DNA of 64,000 bases from an uncultured delta proteobacterium (GCA_963763745.1 CAVXQJ010000001.1:2431-66430); one strand, 5' to 3'; shown: positions 42,349 to 52,555, numbered from the stretch's first letter. Program-made: numbers and translations. Notes: generated from the sequence alone by a model not told the origin.

Positions 42349-44763
42349 TTACGGCCCTTCGTTCGAATCGTCAACGCGGAGCCACTCGCCGTTGGTCGTC
42401 ACGACGACTGCGCCCGCGCGATCCGTTCGATGAACGCGCGCGCCGGCCGCATCGAGCGTCGCGAGCGTGGCGGGAAATGGATGCCCATACCGATTGCGCA
42501 CGCCGCAGGAGATCACCGCAACCTCCGGCGAAGCCGCCGTGACGAGCGCGCGCGTGCTCGAGGTCTTGCTCCCGTGATGCCCGACCTTCAGCACGTCGGA
42601 GCGGAGCGCGCCACCGAAGCGACGAACGAGCTCGCTCTCTTCTTCGCGCTCGGCGTCGCCTTCGAACAGAAACGCGCGCCGGCCGTACGCGATGCGCATG
42701 ACGTACGAGTTGTCGTTGGGCGGGCGATCGACGCTCGCGGAGGGGCACGGCGCGAGCACGTCGACGCGCGCGCCGCCGACGATGCGCGACCCGCACGCCT
42801 CCTCCGGGCGGACAATGCGTGTATTCTGCATGCGAAATCGCTCGAGAATCCCCGCGTACGCTCCCGCGACGCCCTCGCGCTCGCCTTGCCCGGTGTCCCA
42901 GAATTGCTCGACGCGCACGCCGGCGAGCCCGGCGTCGAGACCGCCGAAATGATCCGGATGCGGATGCGTGAGGACGACGACGGCGAGCTTGTCCCTACGC
43001 CGCGCGCGCAGCAGCGGAGCGATCACGCGCCGACCGACGTCGAGCGGGCTTCCGACGATTCCGCCGCCGTCGATGAGCATCGCGCTTCCGTCGGGCAGAT
43101 CCACGAGCGCCGCGTCGCCTTGGCCCACGTCGAGGAACGTCGCGCGGAGCACGCCGCGCGGCGCGCCGCTCCATCGCACCGGCACGTCGAAGAGCACGAC
43201 GAGCGCGAGCGCGCCCGTCGCGATCGTCCACCGAGCGCGCGGCGCCCACACGATCGCCCCGAACGCGAACGCGAGCGCCGCGATCTGCCACGCGGAAGGT
43301 GAAGGCACGCCGAGCTGAAGCCAAGCGACGTTGCCGAAACCGCGCGCCACGCCGCGCACGCCGAGGAGCGCACCCGACGCAGCAAGCGCGCATCCACGCT
43401 CGGCCGATGGAATCGGCGAGAGCAGCGCGTGAAGAAGACAAAGAGGAAGAGCCGCGCTCTCGCCGAGCGGAACGGCGAGCAGGTTCGCAGCGGTCGAACC
43501 GAGCGGGAGCGACGGCGCGAACGTCGCCAGGATCGGCGCGCACGGGATGGTCGCGGCGATCGTGACCGCGAGCTGCTTGAGCGGCGCGTGGACGAGCTTC
43601 GGTGCGCGAGCCGTGAGCGCTTCGCCGATGGGTCTCGAGAACACGACGAGCCCCGCCGTCGCCCCCGCGGAGAGCGCGAACGACACATCGAAGAGCGCGA
43701 GCGGGTCGAATGCGATCGCGCCGAGGATGGAGAGCCCGAGCGTGCGCGATGCGGTCGTCCGCGCGCAAAGCGCACGCGCGCACAGCGCCGCCGTGAGCAT
43801 CCAAGACGCGCGAATCGCCGAGCCGCTTGCCCCGGCGAAATCCGCGTAGATCCAACAAAACGGAATTCCAAAAACCGCGGCGATGCGCCCGACATCCATG
43901 CGCTCCGAGAGCGGAAGAACGCGAACGAGCACGCCGCGCAGCGCCGCGACCGCACCCACCACGACGAGCACGAGATGCATCCCCGACACGGCGAGCAAAT
44001 GCGCGAGCCCGCTTGCGCGAAATGCGTCGTCGTCTTTCGCGTCGAGATCCGTCTCGCCGAGCACGAGCGCGCGCGCGAGCGGCGCAGTCGAGTCGGGAAA
44101 CGTCGCTTCGATGCGTCGCCTCACTCTGGCGCGCGCGTGATCGATCCACGCGCGCACGCCCCACGCGCGGCGCGACACGACGACATCGATCGCGCTCCCC
44201 GTGCGCAGCGTCGCGCGTCGCGTTTCGCGGATGCGCGCATCTCCGATCTCGGGATTGACGAATCGATCCGGCGCGCCGATTTGCACGACGCCGCGCACTT
44301 CATCGCCGCGCGCCGTGTCGACCGGCCCGCCGTACAAAGTCGTTCGGCCGACGTCGCGCAGCTCCACGTCGAACCGCGCGACACCATGAAGCACGACCGG
44401 CGACGTGACCACCTTTCCCGCGGCCTCGAAGCGCGGAGCGCCGTTCACGTCGGGCGCCGCGCGCACGCGCTCGCTCTCGAACGCGTCCACCGCGTGCTGC
44501 GCGCGGCCGAATCCGATCGCGAACGCAACGACGACGATCACCGTGCGACCCACACGCGCGCGAAAGAGCGCGACGACGGCGATCGCAAGCGCCGCCGCAG
44601 GTGCGAACGCGCTCACCGCCGCGCTGCCGACGAGAAGCGCGCACGCAAAAACCAAAACGAGGTCCACACGCGCGCCGTTCGCACGTCGCATGCCGCGCGA
44701 ATCTCCCGACGATTCGCGCAGGCGCGCGTGGCCGAATCGGCCGTGGCCCGGCCCTCGGGCCAC
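42349..44763 (-). CDS. comEC: DNA internalization-related competence protein ComEC/Rec2 (competence domain plus metallo-beta-lactamase domain)
   Basis: Intact 804 aa with a polytopic N-terminal region and a C-terminal HPHPDH...KVGHHGS MBL-fold signature. The true start may be the internal MRRANG at ~44691. Confidence 0.8.
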   Translation of the reverse strand: MARGPGHGRFGHARLRESSGDSRGMRRANGARVDLVLVFACALLVGSAAVSAFAPAAALAIAVVALFRARVGRTVIVVVAFAIGFGRAQHAVDAFESERVRAAPDVNGAPRFEAAGKVVTSPVVLHGVARFDVELRDVGRTTLYGGPVDTARGDEVRGVVQIGAPDRFVNPEIGDARIRETRRATLRTGSAIDVVVSRRAWGVRAWIDHARARVRRRIEATFPDSTAPLARALVLGETDLDAKDDDAFRASGLAHLLAVSGMHLVLVVVGAVAALRGVLVRVLPLSERMDVGRIAAVFGIPFCWIYADFAGASGSAIRASWMLTAALCARALCARTTASRTLGLSILGAIAFDPLALFDVSFALSAGATAGLVVFSRPIGEALTARAPKLVHAPLKQLAVTIAATIPCAPILATFAPSLPLGSTAANLLAVPLGESAALPLCLLHALLSPIPSAERGCALAASGALLGVRGVARGFGNVAWLQLGVPSPSAWQIAALAFAFGAIVWAPRARWTIATGALALVVLFDVPVRWSGAPRGVLRATFLDVGQGDAALVDLPDGSAMLIDGGGIVGSPLDVGRRVIAPLLRARRRDKLAVVVLTHPHPDHFGGLDAGLAGVRVEQFWDTGQGEREGVAGAYAGILERFRMQNTRIVRPEEACGSRIVGGARVDVLAPCPSASVDRPPNDNSYVMRIAYGRRAFLFEGDAEREEESELVRRFGGALRSDVLKVGHHGSKTSSTRALVTAASPEVAVISCGVRNRYGHPFPATLATLDAAGARVHRTDRAGAVVVTTNGEWLRVDDSNEGP

Positions 44764-44777
44764 GCTATCGTCACGAG

Positions 44778-45122
44778 ATGCGCCGCCGCATCGCGATCGC
44801 CATCGTCCTTCTGCCCGTCGTTCTGCTCGTGGCGTCCATCATCGCGCCCGTCGCGCCTTCGTGGCCGCGCGCGGGTTTCGTCTTCACGGTTTTGGGATTG
44901 CTCGTCTCGGGGATGAACGCGTGGCTTTCCATCCGACCCAAGCGCGAGCATCACGTCTCGGGCGCACCCTTGATTGGAACGCTGCTCGTCATCGTGGGTG
45001 GCGCCCTCGCGTTCGGCTCGGCCGCGATCGCTGCGCTCGGGCTCGTGGCCTATGCGATCGACACGGGCGGCATCTTCTGGTTCGTCGTCTCGGTGTGGAC
45101 GGACAAGTCGTTTTGGGAGTAG
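44778..45122 (+). CDS. hypothetical small membrane protein (3-4 TM helices)
   Basis: Internal ATG of track ORF 44601..45122. It lies divergent from comEC. Confidence 0.45.
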   Translation: MRRRIAIAIVLLPVVLLVASIIAPVAPSWPRAGFVFTVLGLLVSGMNAWLSIRPKREHHVSGAPLIGTLLVIVGGALAFGSAAIAALGLVAYAIDTGGIFWFVVSVWTDKSFWE

Positions 45123-45134
45123 GGTCCGCGCCCC

Positions 45135-45533
45135 ATGGCCGCCGAAAAGAAGACCGAGAAGAAGCCCGCCGCGAAGAAAGCCGCCGCCGCTCCCGCCAAG
45201 GAAGCGCCGAAGAGCAAGCTCGCGACGTTCCTCAGCGACAAGAAAATCGACTGGCGCCGCGTCATCACGACGTCGCACAAGCTCGAGACGCTCCGACCCG
45301 AGGATCACCAAATCAAGCTGAACCGCCGGCGCGCGAAGGGCGGCGAAGGCGAAGCCGGCCCGAAAGAGGAGCGAAAGCCCCGCAGCGGCCGCGCCGTCAC
45401 CAGCCGGGCGATGCAAGCGGCCCTCCACGGCAAGACCATCAGCGGCCCAACGAAGAGCCGCATTCTCCGGGCGGTCAACAGCCTCCTCGAGCAAAAAAAG
45501 ACCGACAAAACCGACCTTCGCGCGCTATTTTGA
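45135..45533 (+). CDS. hypothetical basic protein with Lys/Ala-rich histone-H1-like N-terminus
   Basis: MAAEKKTEKKPAAKKAAAAPAKEAPK... low-complexity basic tail followed by a ~100-aa domain. Confidence 0.45.
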   Translation: MAAEKKTEKKPAAKKAAAAPAKEAPKSKLATFLSDKKIDWRRVITTSHKLETLRPEDHQIKLNRRRAKGGEGEAGPKEERKPRSGRAVTSRAMQAALHGKTISGPTKSRILRAVNSLLEQKKTDKTDLRALF

Positions 45534-45626
45534 TGCGTGGCTGAACGAACGGACGACGACCGGCACCAGAACGGTACAGTGAGTGCCGCGCCCGCCATCC
45601 CGTTCGCCCAAATCCCGCAACGCTCG

Positions 45627-46241
45627 ATGCCGATGAAGGGGACCGAGGAGGGTGACCTTCTCGCCCGCGCAGCCAAGGGCGATACCGCCGCGTTTCGCGC
45701 GCTCTACCAGCGCCATCGCAGCGACGTCGCGCGCCTCGTGTACCGCATGCTGAATGGCTCCGCGGACGTCGACGACGTCGTCCAAGAGGTGTTCGTCCAG
45801 GTTTTCCGGAGCCTCAAGGATTTCCGCGGGCAGTCGAAGTTCAGCACCTGGGTTCACCGCGTCGCGGTCAACGTCGTCCTCATGCATCGTCGCGCGGCGC
45901 GCTCGCGCCCGACGTACACCGAGGAGCTCCCGCCCGAGCACACGCCCGACGACGCGAGCGTCCTGCCCGATGAAGACGCCGACCGCCGCGCACGCGTCCG
46001 CGCGTTCGCGGCTCTCCTCGAGAAGCTCGCGGAGAAGAAACGGACGGTCTTCATCCTCCACGAGATCGAAGGCATCTCGCCGCAAGAGATCGCCACGATC
46101 GTCGGCGCTCCGGTGCTCACGGTTCGCACGCGCCTCTTCTACGCGCGCCGCGAGCTCGAAGAGCTCATGGCGAACGAGCCCGCGCTCGCAGCGGTCCGCG
46201 GAACGTTTTCGCGAAACAACGACGACGGCGGTGACCCGTGA
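45627..46241 (+). CDS. ECF-family RNA polymerase sigma-70 factor
   Basis: Region 2 (DVVQEVFVQVFR...FSTWVHRVAVN) and region 4 (ILHEIEGISPQEIATIVG...VRTRLFYARREL). The stop overlaps the anti-sigma start (GTGA). Confidence 0.85.
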   Translation: MPMKGTEEGDLLARAAKGDTAAFRALYQRHRSDVARLVYRMLNGSADVDDVVQEVFVQVFRSLKDFRGQSKFSTWVHRVAVNVVLMHRRAARSRPTYTEELPPEHTPDDASVLPDEDADRRARVRAFAALLEKLAEKKRTVFILHEIEGISPQEIATIVGAPVLTVRTRLFYARRELEELMANEPALAAVRGTFSRNNDDGGDP

Positions 46242-47377
46242 AGCTCGACAATCTCATTCGCGACACCAAGCGCGAGAAGACGCCCGAGCCCGATTGGAAA
46301 TCGATCGACGAGAAGCTCTTCGCGCGCATCGAGCAGGAGCCGCGTCCCGTCGCCGAAGAACGCACCGAGCACGAGCGCGGTGGTCGCGTCGTGTGGATTG
46401 GCGCAGCGCTCTCGCTCGCGGCTGCTGCAGCGGCGCTCGTGTTCGTTCATCCGACGCACGACGGCACCACGAGCGAACAAGCGACGGCCGTGGCGAACGC
46501 GCACGAAGGTCGCATCGAAGTCGTCGATCACGTCGCGTACTACGAGTCGAAGAACGCCGCCGGCGAGACCGCCGTGCGTTGGTCCTCGCAGCCGGGCTCC
46601 GTGCTTCAAGTCGAGCACGCGCGCTCGCCGCTCGTGCTCTCGCTCGAGAAGGGCGTCGCCGAAGCGCAGGTCACGCCGGTTCCGTCGGGCGAAGCATTCG
46701 CGATCGACGTGACGTCGTCGTCGGGCGACGTGGTTCGCGTCGCCGTTCACGGAACGCATCTTCGCGTCGCGCGCGACGGCGACAAAGTGATCGTCGATCT
46801 GACCGAAGGCGTCGTGTCGATTGGTGCGCCGCCGCGTCGCGGCTCGACCATCGGCACGCTCGTGACGGCTCCGGCGCACGTCGAGCTCGACGCGCGCGAT
46901 CTCGCGTCGCTTCGTGTGGATCACGAGGCGAGCGCGGTTCGCATCGCCGAGAACGTGACGCCGCAAACGGCGGAGACCGATCCGAGGAACGCGTCTCGTG
47001 AAGTTTTGGGCGCGCTCGCTCCGCCGGCCGTGACGGTGATCGACTCGCCGCGCGACGTGCATCCGCAAGCGCAGCAAGTCGTGAAGCCGACCACGCCGAC
47101 GACGACCGTCGTCACGCCCGCGCCTACGCCTTTCTCCACGCCCGACGAGCTCGCTTCGGCGATCGCCGCGTGCGGCAAAGATGCAGTCGCTCCGCACACG
47201 ACCTTCGCGACGACGCTCACGCTGCAAGTCGGCGACGACGGTTCCGTGCAGAATGCACGCTTCTCCCCACCGCTCGTCCCCGAGGCGCGCGACTGCGCGG
47301 CCATCGTCATCTACAAGCGCACGAAGCTGACGTCGTCGACCGGAAACGTCGACGTGCCCGTCACCATCACCCGCTAA
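46238..47377 (+). CDS. anti-sigma factor, FecR-like periplasmic domain with single TM
   Basis: Translationally coupled to the ECF sigma gene. TM helix VVWIGAALSLAAAAAALVFV, then a beta-rich domain and a Pro/Thr-rich linker. Confidence 0.6.
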   Translation: MKLDNLIRDTKREKTPEPDWKSIDEKLFARIEQEPRPVAEERTEHERGGRVVWIGAALSLAAAAAALVFVHPTHDGTTSEQATAVANAHEGRIEVVDHVAYYESKNAAGETAVRWSSQPGSVLQVEHARSPLVLSLEKGVAEAQVTPVPSGEAFAIDVTSSSGDVVRVAVHGTHLRVARDGDKVIVDLTEGVVSIGAPPRRGSTIGTLVTAPAHVELDARDLASLRVDHEASAVRIAENVTPQTAETDPRNASREVLGALAPPAVTVIDSPRDVHPQAQQVVKPTTPTTTVVTPAPTPFSTPDELASAIAACGKDAVAPHTTFATTLTLQVGDDGSVQNARFSPPLVPEARDCAAIVIYKRTKLTSSTGNVDVPVTITR

Positions 47378-47388
47378 AGTCAGTCACA

Positions 47389-47414
47389 TGTCGCGACCAA
47401 GCCTGGTCGCGACA
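47389..47414. terminator. perfect 10-bp stem / 6-nt loop GC-rich hairpin (TGTCGCGACC-AAGCCT-GGTCGCGACA) between convergent anti-sigma and pilZ genes
   Basis: Read directly from the sequence. No strong U-tract follows on either strand. Confidence 0.4.
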
Positions 47415-47418
47415 GGAG

Positions 47419-47781
47419 TCAATCTTCCTTCTCGTACGACGCGACGAGCTCGGTGATCGTGAACGTTTCGCGCGCGCCGAGGTTGCCGAATTGGACGCCC
47501 ATGCCGTCCGGCGCGACCCAGCGCACGATCGCGGGAAGCGCGTACGCGGACGGTTCGCCCGGCACGTGAACGTGGACGACGACGTCGGTGCCGAACGCCT
47601 CGGGCGACTGCGTCTCGATGAACATGCCGCCGAGCGAAATGTCGGTGCTGTGTCCTTGCGAGCGCGCGTCGCTTCCCTTTTTGCTGAACACGACGGCCTC
47701 GGTGAACGGCACGCGATGATGTCGTCTGAGCTCCACGACGCAATCCGTACACGGAACGAGACCCCTTCGCAATGGGCCCAC
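47419..47781 (-). CDS. PilZ domain protein (c-di-GMP receptor-like)
   Basis: 120-aa ORF with RRHHRVPF...DISLGGMFIE arrangement matching the PilZ RxxxR...DxSxxG motifs. Confidence 0.7.
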   Translation of the reverse strand: MGPLRRGLVPCTDCVVELRRHHRVPFTEAVVFSKKGSDARSQGHSTDISLGGMFIETQSPEAFGTDVVVHVHVPGEPSAYALPAIVRWVAPDGMGVQFGNLGARETFTITELVASYEKED

Positions 47782-47801
47782 AAAGAAGCGATGATGGTCG
47801 C

Positions 47802-48755
47802 ATGGCGACTTTTGGGTCGACGAAAAACGACGGGCGTCTCCTCGCGCTGATTCCCGTTCTCGTCGGTGTGCTGCTCGCCGCGCTTCTCTTCCCGCGCGAG
47901 GTACCGCCGGACGACGTTCCGCTCCCTGACCTCGACCTGCACAAGCTCGCGGAGACCGAGCGCGCCGACGATGCGCGCGCCGCGAACGCCAAACAAGCGC
48001 CGCTCGACGCGGACGTGCGCGCGCTCGGCGAAGCGATTCGTCAGTTCAACGCGACCGAAGCGAAGAATCCGCCGAACGCCCCGTGGCCCGAGCTCCGCCA
48101 GCACGTCGACGAAGCGCGCAACCTCGCGCGCGCGCACGGCGCGGAGGCGCTCCTCGATTTGCGCGCCGCGCAGCTCTCTCGTTTTCTCGAGGAGGTGGCC
48201 GCGTGGCGCAAGACGGGACAATCGTCGAGCGAGCTCGAGGCCGAGGGCGGCGGGTTCATTCGCCGGATGACGATGGCCGGCTACGCCAAAGATCGCTGGC
48301 TCGCGCTCGCGGACCACGAGCTGCGCGTCGCGTTCAAGCTGAAGTGGAACAGCGTCGTCCGCCTCGATGACGATCCCGCATTCAAACCGACGCTCGACGA
48401 ATCGCGTGCACTCTACACGTTTTACATTCTGCACCCGCACGCGACCGAGTCCGCGCGCGAGACGTTCGCGGCGGCGCGCAAGAACGCACACACGCAGGCC
48501 GACTGCGACGCGCTCGGCGCGGGAGAGCGCATCGCGTCGGAGACGTGGCGGCTCGAGAAGATCGAGCGGCTCGCGCAGATCGATCCGACGTATCCGGCGG
48601 CGTACGCGCGCGGCGTCGCGCTTTATCGCGCCGCGAAGTTCGAACAATCGGCGCGCGCGTTCGAAGAGTGGCTTCGCGTCCACCCCGATGGGCCGCTCAC
48701 GCTTCGCGCGCGCAATCACCTTCGCGCGGCGATCGCCGCGGGCCGCGTGACATGA
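47802..48755 (+). CDS. hypothetical membrane-anchored periplasmic protein
   Basis: ATG at 47802 gives MATFGSTKNDGRLLALIPVLVGVLLAALLF, then an alpha-helical domain. Its 3' end overlaps the convergent next gene by ~58 nt. Confidence 0.45.
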   Translation: MATFGSTKNDGRLLALIPVLVGVLLAALLFPREVPPDDVPLPDLDLHKLAETERADDARAANAKQAPLDADVRALGEAIRQFNATEAKNPPNAPWPELRQHVDEARNLARAHGAEALLDLRAAQLSRFLEEVAAWRKTGQSSSELEAEGGGFIRRMTMAGYAKDRWLALADHELRVAFKLKWNSVVRLDDDPAFKPTLDESRALYTFYILHPHATESARETFAAARKNAHTQADCDALGAGERIASETWRLEKIERLAQIDPTYPAAYARGVALYRAAKFEQSARAFEEWLRVHPDGPLTLRARNHLRAAIAAGRVT

Positions 48756-49869
48756 GCGCGAGCGCGCAAGGCCGAAGGACCTCGCGCGCCACCAGATCCA
48801 TCGCGGCGAAGCCGCGGAGCAGATGGTCGTCATCGAGCTCGGAGAGGAAACGCGCGATCGCGTCGCGCGTCGCGTCCTCGTCGCGCGTCATCGCGAAGTC
48901 GACGATGCGCCACGCGAGCGCCGCGTGACGCTCTTCGTCCGCGGCCATCGCGTCGAGCGCGGCGGAGATCTCCGCGTCGCTCTCGTCACGCGCCATCGCG
49001 CGGAGCTCGAGCGCGGCGCAGGACTCGCCGAGACATCCATCGCGCAGCGCGTCTCGCACGAGCGATGCGACCGACGCGTCCATGCTCGCGCGTGACACGT
49101 CGAGTGGGCCCGGTCCAATGTCGCGCCCCGCGAAGCGCGACGCCATCGAGAAGCACGTCCGCGCGTGATCGATCTCGTCGAGCGCCGCGCGATGCACGTC
49201 TCGGACGAGCTCCGCCGGTGCGCCGAGCGCGAGGAGCGCGAGCGAGATGCGCGCGAACTCCGCGACGGACGCGTGCTCGAGCGTCGCGCCTTTCGCCCAA
49301 AAATCTGCGCGCGTCTCGTCGCGCTCGGCGCGCGCAGCAGCACGTGCCCACGCGCTCGTCTCCTCCGCGCGCGCCGTGATCTCCGCGCCGCCGGCGTCGC
49401 GCAGCGGCCTGCCGATCATCACGCGACCTCCACCACCACGCCGCGTGTTCACGCGGCGCGAGCACCCGCTGAAGCTCACGTAGCAACACAGGTTCGGATC
49501 GTCGTGCCGCTTCTGGTTCGTCTCCATCGGGCTGAAGTGACCGGTCTCGCCGAGCGGCGCGGGATCGCACTTCTCGTAAGGATGCCCGTACGGATACGGC
49601 GGAGGCGACGTGAGCTGCGCCACGCAATTCACGTCGCGCGTGCACGAGCCTTGGTTTGCCGGCGCGTGGGGCTCGATCGCGATGCGATGCGGAGCTGCTT
49701 CGGGCGCGGCATCCGCGATGTCCTCGGTGGTCGAGCCCGCCGTCTCTGCCATCGGAACAACGACGAGCCCATCGGAATCCGGCGACGATTTGCACGCCGC
49801 GAGCCCGAGCACCGCCAGCGCCGTCACGCGCAAACGGGTGACATCAGCGACCTTTACATTACTTTTCAC
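48697..49869 (-). CDS. lipoprotein with Cys-rich N-terminal module and ferritin-like (di-iron carboxylate) C-terminal domain
   Basis: GTG start gives VKSNVKVADVTRLRVTALAVLGLAAC (lipobox). CTRDVNC...CDP...CCYVSFSGC. C-terminal E..H-type helices (ELRAMARDESDAE...ADEERHAALAWR). The upstream half of track ORF 48697..50895 is antisense to the two-component genes. Confidence 0.5.
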   Translation of the reverse strand: MKSNVKVADVTRLRVTALAVLGLAACKSSPDSDGLVVVPMAETAGSTTEDIADAAPEAAPHRIAIEPHAPANQGSCTRDVNCVAQLTSPPPYPYGHPYEKCDPAPLGETGHFSPMETNQKRHDDPNLCCYVSFSGCSRRVNTRRGGGGRVMIGRPLRDAGGAEITARAEETSAWARAAARAERDETRADFWAKGATLEHASVAEFARISLALLALGAPAELVRDVHRAALDEIDHARTCFSMASRFAGRDIGPGPLDVSRASMDASVASLVRDALRDGCLGESCAALELRAMARDESDAEISAALDAMAADEERHAALAWRIVDFAMTRDEDATRDAIARFLSELDDDHLLRGFAAMDLVAREVLRPCALALMSRGPRRSPREGDCAREA

Positions 49870-49926
49870 GCGAGGCCTCCCGTCCCAGGCTGGAAAGGTA
49901 CATCCTGCACGAAAGCACTCAAGCCC

Positions 49927-50610
49927 ATGCGCATCCTGTTGGTCGATGACGACACCGAGCTCGCGGATTTGCTCCGCGAGTACTTTGGCGGACACGAAGT
50001 CACGCTCGACGTGGCCGCGGACGGCGACGGCGGCATCGCAAAGCTCGCGGACGGCGCCTTCGACGCCGTTCTGCTCGACGTGATGCTCCCCGGCGAAGAC
50101 GGTTTCGCCGTGTGCCGGCGCATCCGCGAGACGAGCGACGTGCCCATCATCATGCTGACTGCGCGCGGCAACGACGACGATCGCATCGTGGGTTTGGACC
50201 TCGGAGCCGACGATTATGTTCCGAAACCGTTCAATCCGCGCGAGCTCCTTTCGCGTCTCCGCGCGGTGCTCCGCCGGACGAAGAGCATGGAGGTCGCATC
50301 GCGCATCGTCGTCGGCGACCTCGTCATCGACGTCCCCGCGCAGAAGGTCTCGCTCGGCGCGGTGAACGATCTCGCGCTCACGTCGTTCGAGTTTCGTTTG
50401 CTCGTCGAGCTCGCGCGTCGCGCGGGCCGCATCGTCCGCCGCAGCGAGCTCGCCTCCGCGCTCGACTTCGGCGAGTACGATCCGAGCGTCGATCGCTCGC
50501 TCGACGTCCACATCAGTCACCTCCGCAGCAAGCTCCAAGACGACGCGCGCGATCCCAAGCGCATACGCACCGTGCGCGGCGTCGGCTACGTTCTCGTGAG
50601 ACCTTCGTGA
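49927..50610 (+). CDS. OmpR-family response regulator
   Basis: MRILLVDDD...DAVLLDVMLPGEDGF...LTARG receiver domain plus a winged-helix output domain (RTVRGVGYVL). Confidence 0.9.
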   Translation: MRILLVDDDTELADLLREYFGGHEVTLDVAADGDGGIAKLADGAFDAVLLDVMLPGEDGFAVCRRIRETSDVPIIMLTARGNDDDRIVGLDLGADDYVPKPFNPRELLSRLRAVLRRTKSMEVASRIVVGDLVIDVPAQKVSLGAVNDLALTSFEFRLLVELARRAGRIVRRSELASALDFGEYDPSVDRSLDVHISHLRSKLQDDARDPKRIRTVRGVGYVLVRPS

Positions 50611-50614
50611 AGCC

Positions 50615-51877
50615 ATGAACAAGCTCGGGCTCCGCACGCGGCTCTTCGCGTGGCTCATCGCGGCCATCGTCGCGGGGATGGGCGCGAGCACCGTCGCGTG
50701 GATGCTCCTTCGCTCCGAGCTCGACTCGGGACCGCTCCGCACGATGTCGCGCGCGCTGGGCGCGCAAGTCGCGGATCGATGGGACGATCCGGCCGCCGTC
50801 GACGCATCGATCGAACGCGCACACACCGAGCTCGGCGTCGACATCAAGCTCCGCCGCGACGTGAGCGCGCTTCCACCCGGCGTCGCGACGCACAAGACGG
50901 TCTACTTCGACAGCGACGTCGCATACGTCCCCATCGTCCGCGACGGCCACGTCGTCGGCGCGATTCAATTTCCGGCAGAAGCGCCTCCCGGCAGGAGACT
51001 GCGGCAAGTCGTGTTCTTGGGCGTCGCGCTCATCGTGCTCGCGGTCGCCGCGCGCTCGGTTTCGAAGCTCGTCGTACGTCCGCTCGAGAGCGTCGCGCAC
51101 GCCGCACACCGATTCGGCGATGGAGATCTCAGCGCGCGCGCCGGCGACGTCCCACGCGCGAGCCCGGAGGTCCGCGAGGTCGCGCGCGCGTTCGACGCGA
51201 TGGCCGCGCGCGTCGAGCGCATGGTGCGCGATCAGCGCGAGCTCCTCGCGGCCGTGAGCCACGAGCTCCGTTCGCCGCTCGGCCGCGCGCGCGTCGCCCT
51301 CGAGCTCGCACGCGATCAAGGCGCGAACGCTCCCGCGATCGAGCGCGTCGAACGCTCGATGAGCGAGGTCGACACCATCCTCGGCGACCTCCTCTCGATC
51401 ACGCGCGCCGGCTTGTCCGATTTGCACAAAGAGCCCACGCCGCTCGTTCCGTTCTTGAAGAAGCAATTCGCGGAGTCGGAGTCGGCGAACGTCGTCGTCA
51501 CGGGCGACGAAAAAATCGTCGCAACCGTCGATCCCGCGCTCTTCGGTCGCGCCGTCGCCAACGTCGTCGACAACGCGCGCAACCACGCAGGCCCCGGCGA
51601 AATCCGCGTCACCGTGAAGCCACGAGGCGATCGCGCCATCGTCGCCGTGCTCGATCACGGTCCGGGTCTCGCGCCCGAGATGATCGAAAAAGCATTCGAC
51701 CCGTTCGTGCGCGGCGATCCCGCGAGAAGCCGCAACGGGCATGCATCGACGGGCCTCGGCCTCGCGATCGTGCGCCGCGTGATCGAAGCGCACGGCGGCA
51801 GCGCGACCATTCGCAACGTCGAGCGCGCGGGGAAAATCATCGGAGCCGAGGTCTCGATCGAGCTCCCCGCCGCGTGA
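50615..51877 (+). CDS. sensor histidine kinase (TM, HAMP, HisKA, HATPase_c)
   Basis: H-box AVSHELRSPL, N-box VDNARNHA, and G-boxes DHGPGL and GLGLAIV. The start is 5 nt after the regulator stop. Confidence 0.85.
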   Translation: MNKLGLRTRLFAWLIAAIVAGMGASTVAWMLLRSELDSGPLRTMSRALGAQVADRWDDPAAVDASIERAHTELGVDIKLRRDVSALPPGVATHKTVYFDSDVAYVPIVRDGHVVGAIQFPAEAPPGRRLRQVVFLGVALIVLAVAARSVSKLVVRPLESVAHAAHRFGDGDLSARAGDVPRASPEVREVARAFDAMAARVERMVRDQRELLAAVSHELRSPLGRARVALELARDQGANAPAIERVERSMSEVDTILGDLLSITRAGLSDLHKEPTPLVPFLKKQFAESESANVVVTGDEKIVATVDPALFGRAVANVVDNARNHAGPGEIRVTVKPRGDRAIVAVLDHGPGLAPEMIEKAFDPFVRGDPARSRNGHASTGLGLAIVRRVIEAHGGSATIRNVERAGKIIGAEVSIELPAA

Positions 51878-51903
51878 GTCGGCTATGATCGAAGGCGCAC
51901 GCA

Positions 51904-52545
51904 ATGTGGCGCAAAGTGGTTCGAGTCCTGATCTGGGTTGCGGTCGTGTGCGGCGTCATCGCCGGGATCGTGCTCGCGTTCTTCGAGCCGTGGACCGTGC
52001 CGGGTGACGATGCGCAATTCGCGGTGTCGATCGAGCCGACGATCGGCCCCGGCGATTTGGTGCTCGTCTCGCGCGGCTCGAGCTCATCGGACGGTGCGCT
52101 CGTACGCTGCACCGATCCCGACGCGCCAGGCCGCTTCGTCGTGGGGCGCGTGATCGGTCGCACGGGCGACACAGTCGCGTTCTCGAAGGGCATCATGTAC
52201 GTCAACGCGAAGGTCCCAACGGCGTCATCCGCGTGCGATCCGCCCATCGTTCGCCTCAAGAATCCCGGCACGCAAGACGACGAGGACTTCAACTGCAGCC
52301 TCGAGGAGTTCGCCGGTGCGACTCACCCAGTCCTTCGTTTCGCGAGCGCGTCGGGCGTCGCGCGCGACTCGACCGCACAGGTCGAGCCGGGCAAGATCTA
52401 CCTCGTCAGCGACAACCGCATCCTCCACCTCGACTCGCGCGACTACGGCATGATCGCGCCCGGCACGTGCCAGCACATCGCGTTTCGCCTGTGGGGAACG
52501 AACGGCTGGAGCGACGCGAGAAAACGCCTGACCGTGCTGTGGTAA
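51904..52545 (+). CDS. S26-family signal peptidase I-like protein
   Basis: N-terminal TM helix, SIEPTIGPGDLVLV (matching the SMEPTL..GD box with the catalytic Ser), and VSDNRILHLDSRDYGMI (matching the GDNRDNSxDSR box). Confidence 0.65.
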   Translation: MWRKVVRVLIWVAVVCGVIAGIVLAFFEPWTVPGDDAQFAVSIEPTIGPGDLVLVSRGSSSSDGALVRCTDPDAPGRFVVGRVIGRTGDTVAFSKGIMYVNAKVPTASSACDPPIVRLKNPGTQDDEDFNCSLEEFAGATHPVLRFASASGVARDSTAQVEPGKIYLVSDNRILHLDSRDYGMIAPGTCQHIAFRLWGTNGWSDARKRLTVLW

Positions 52546-52555
52546 TCTCCGGCGC

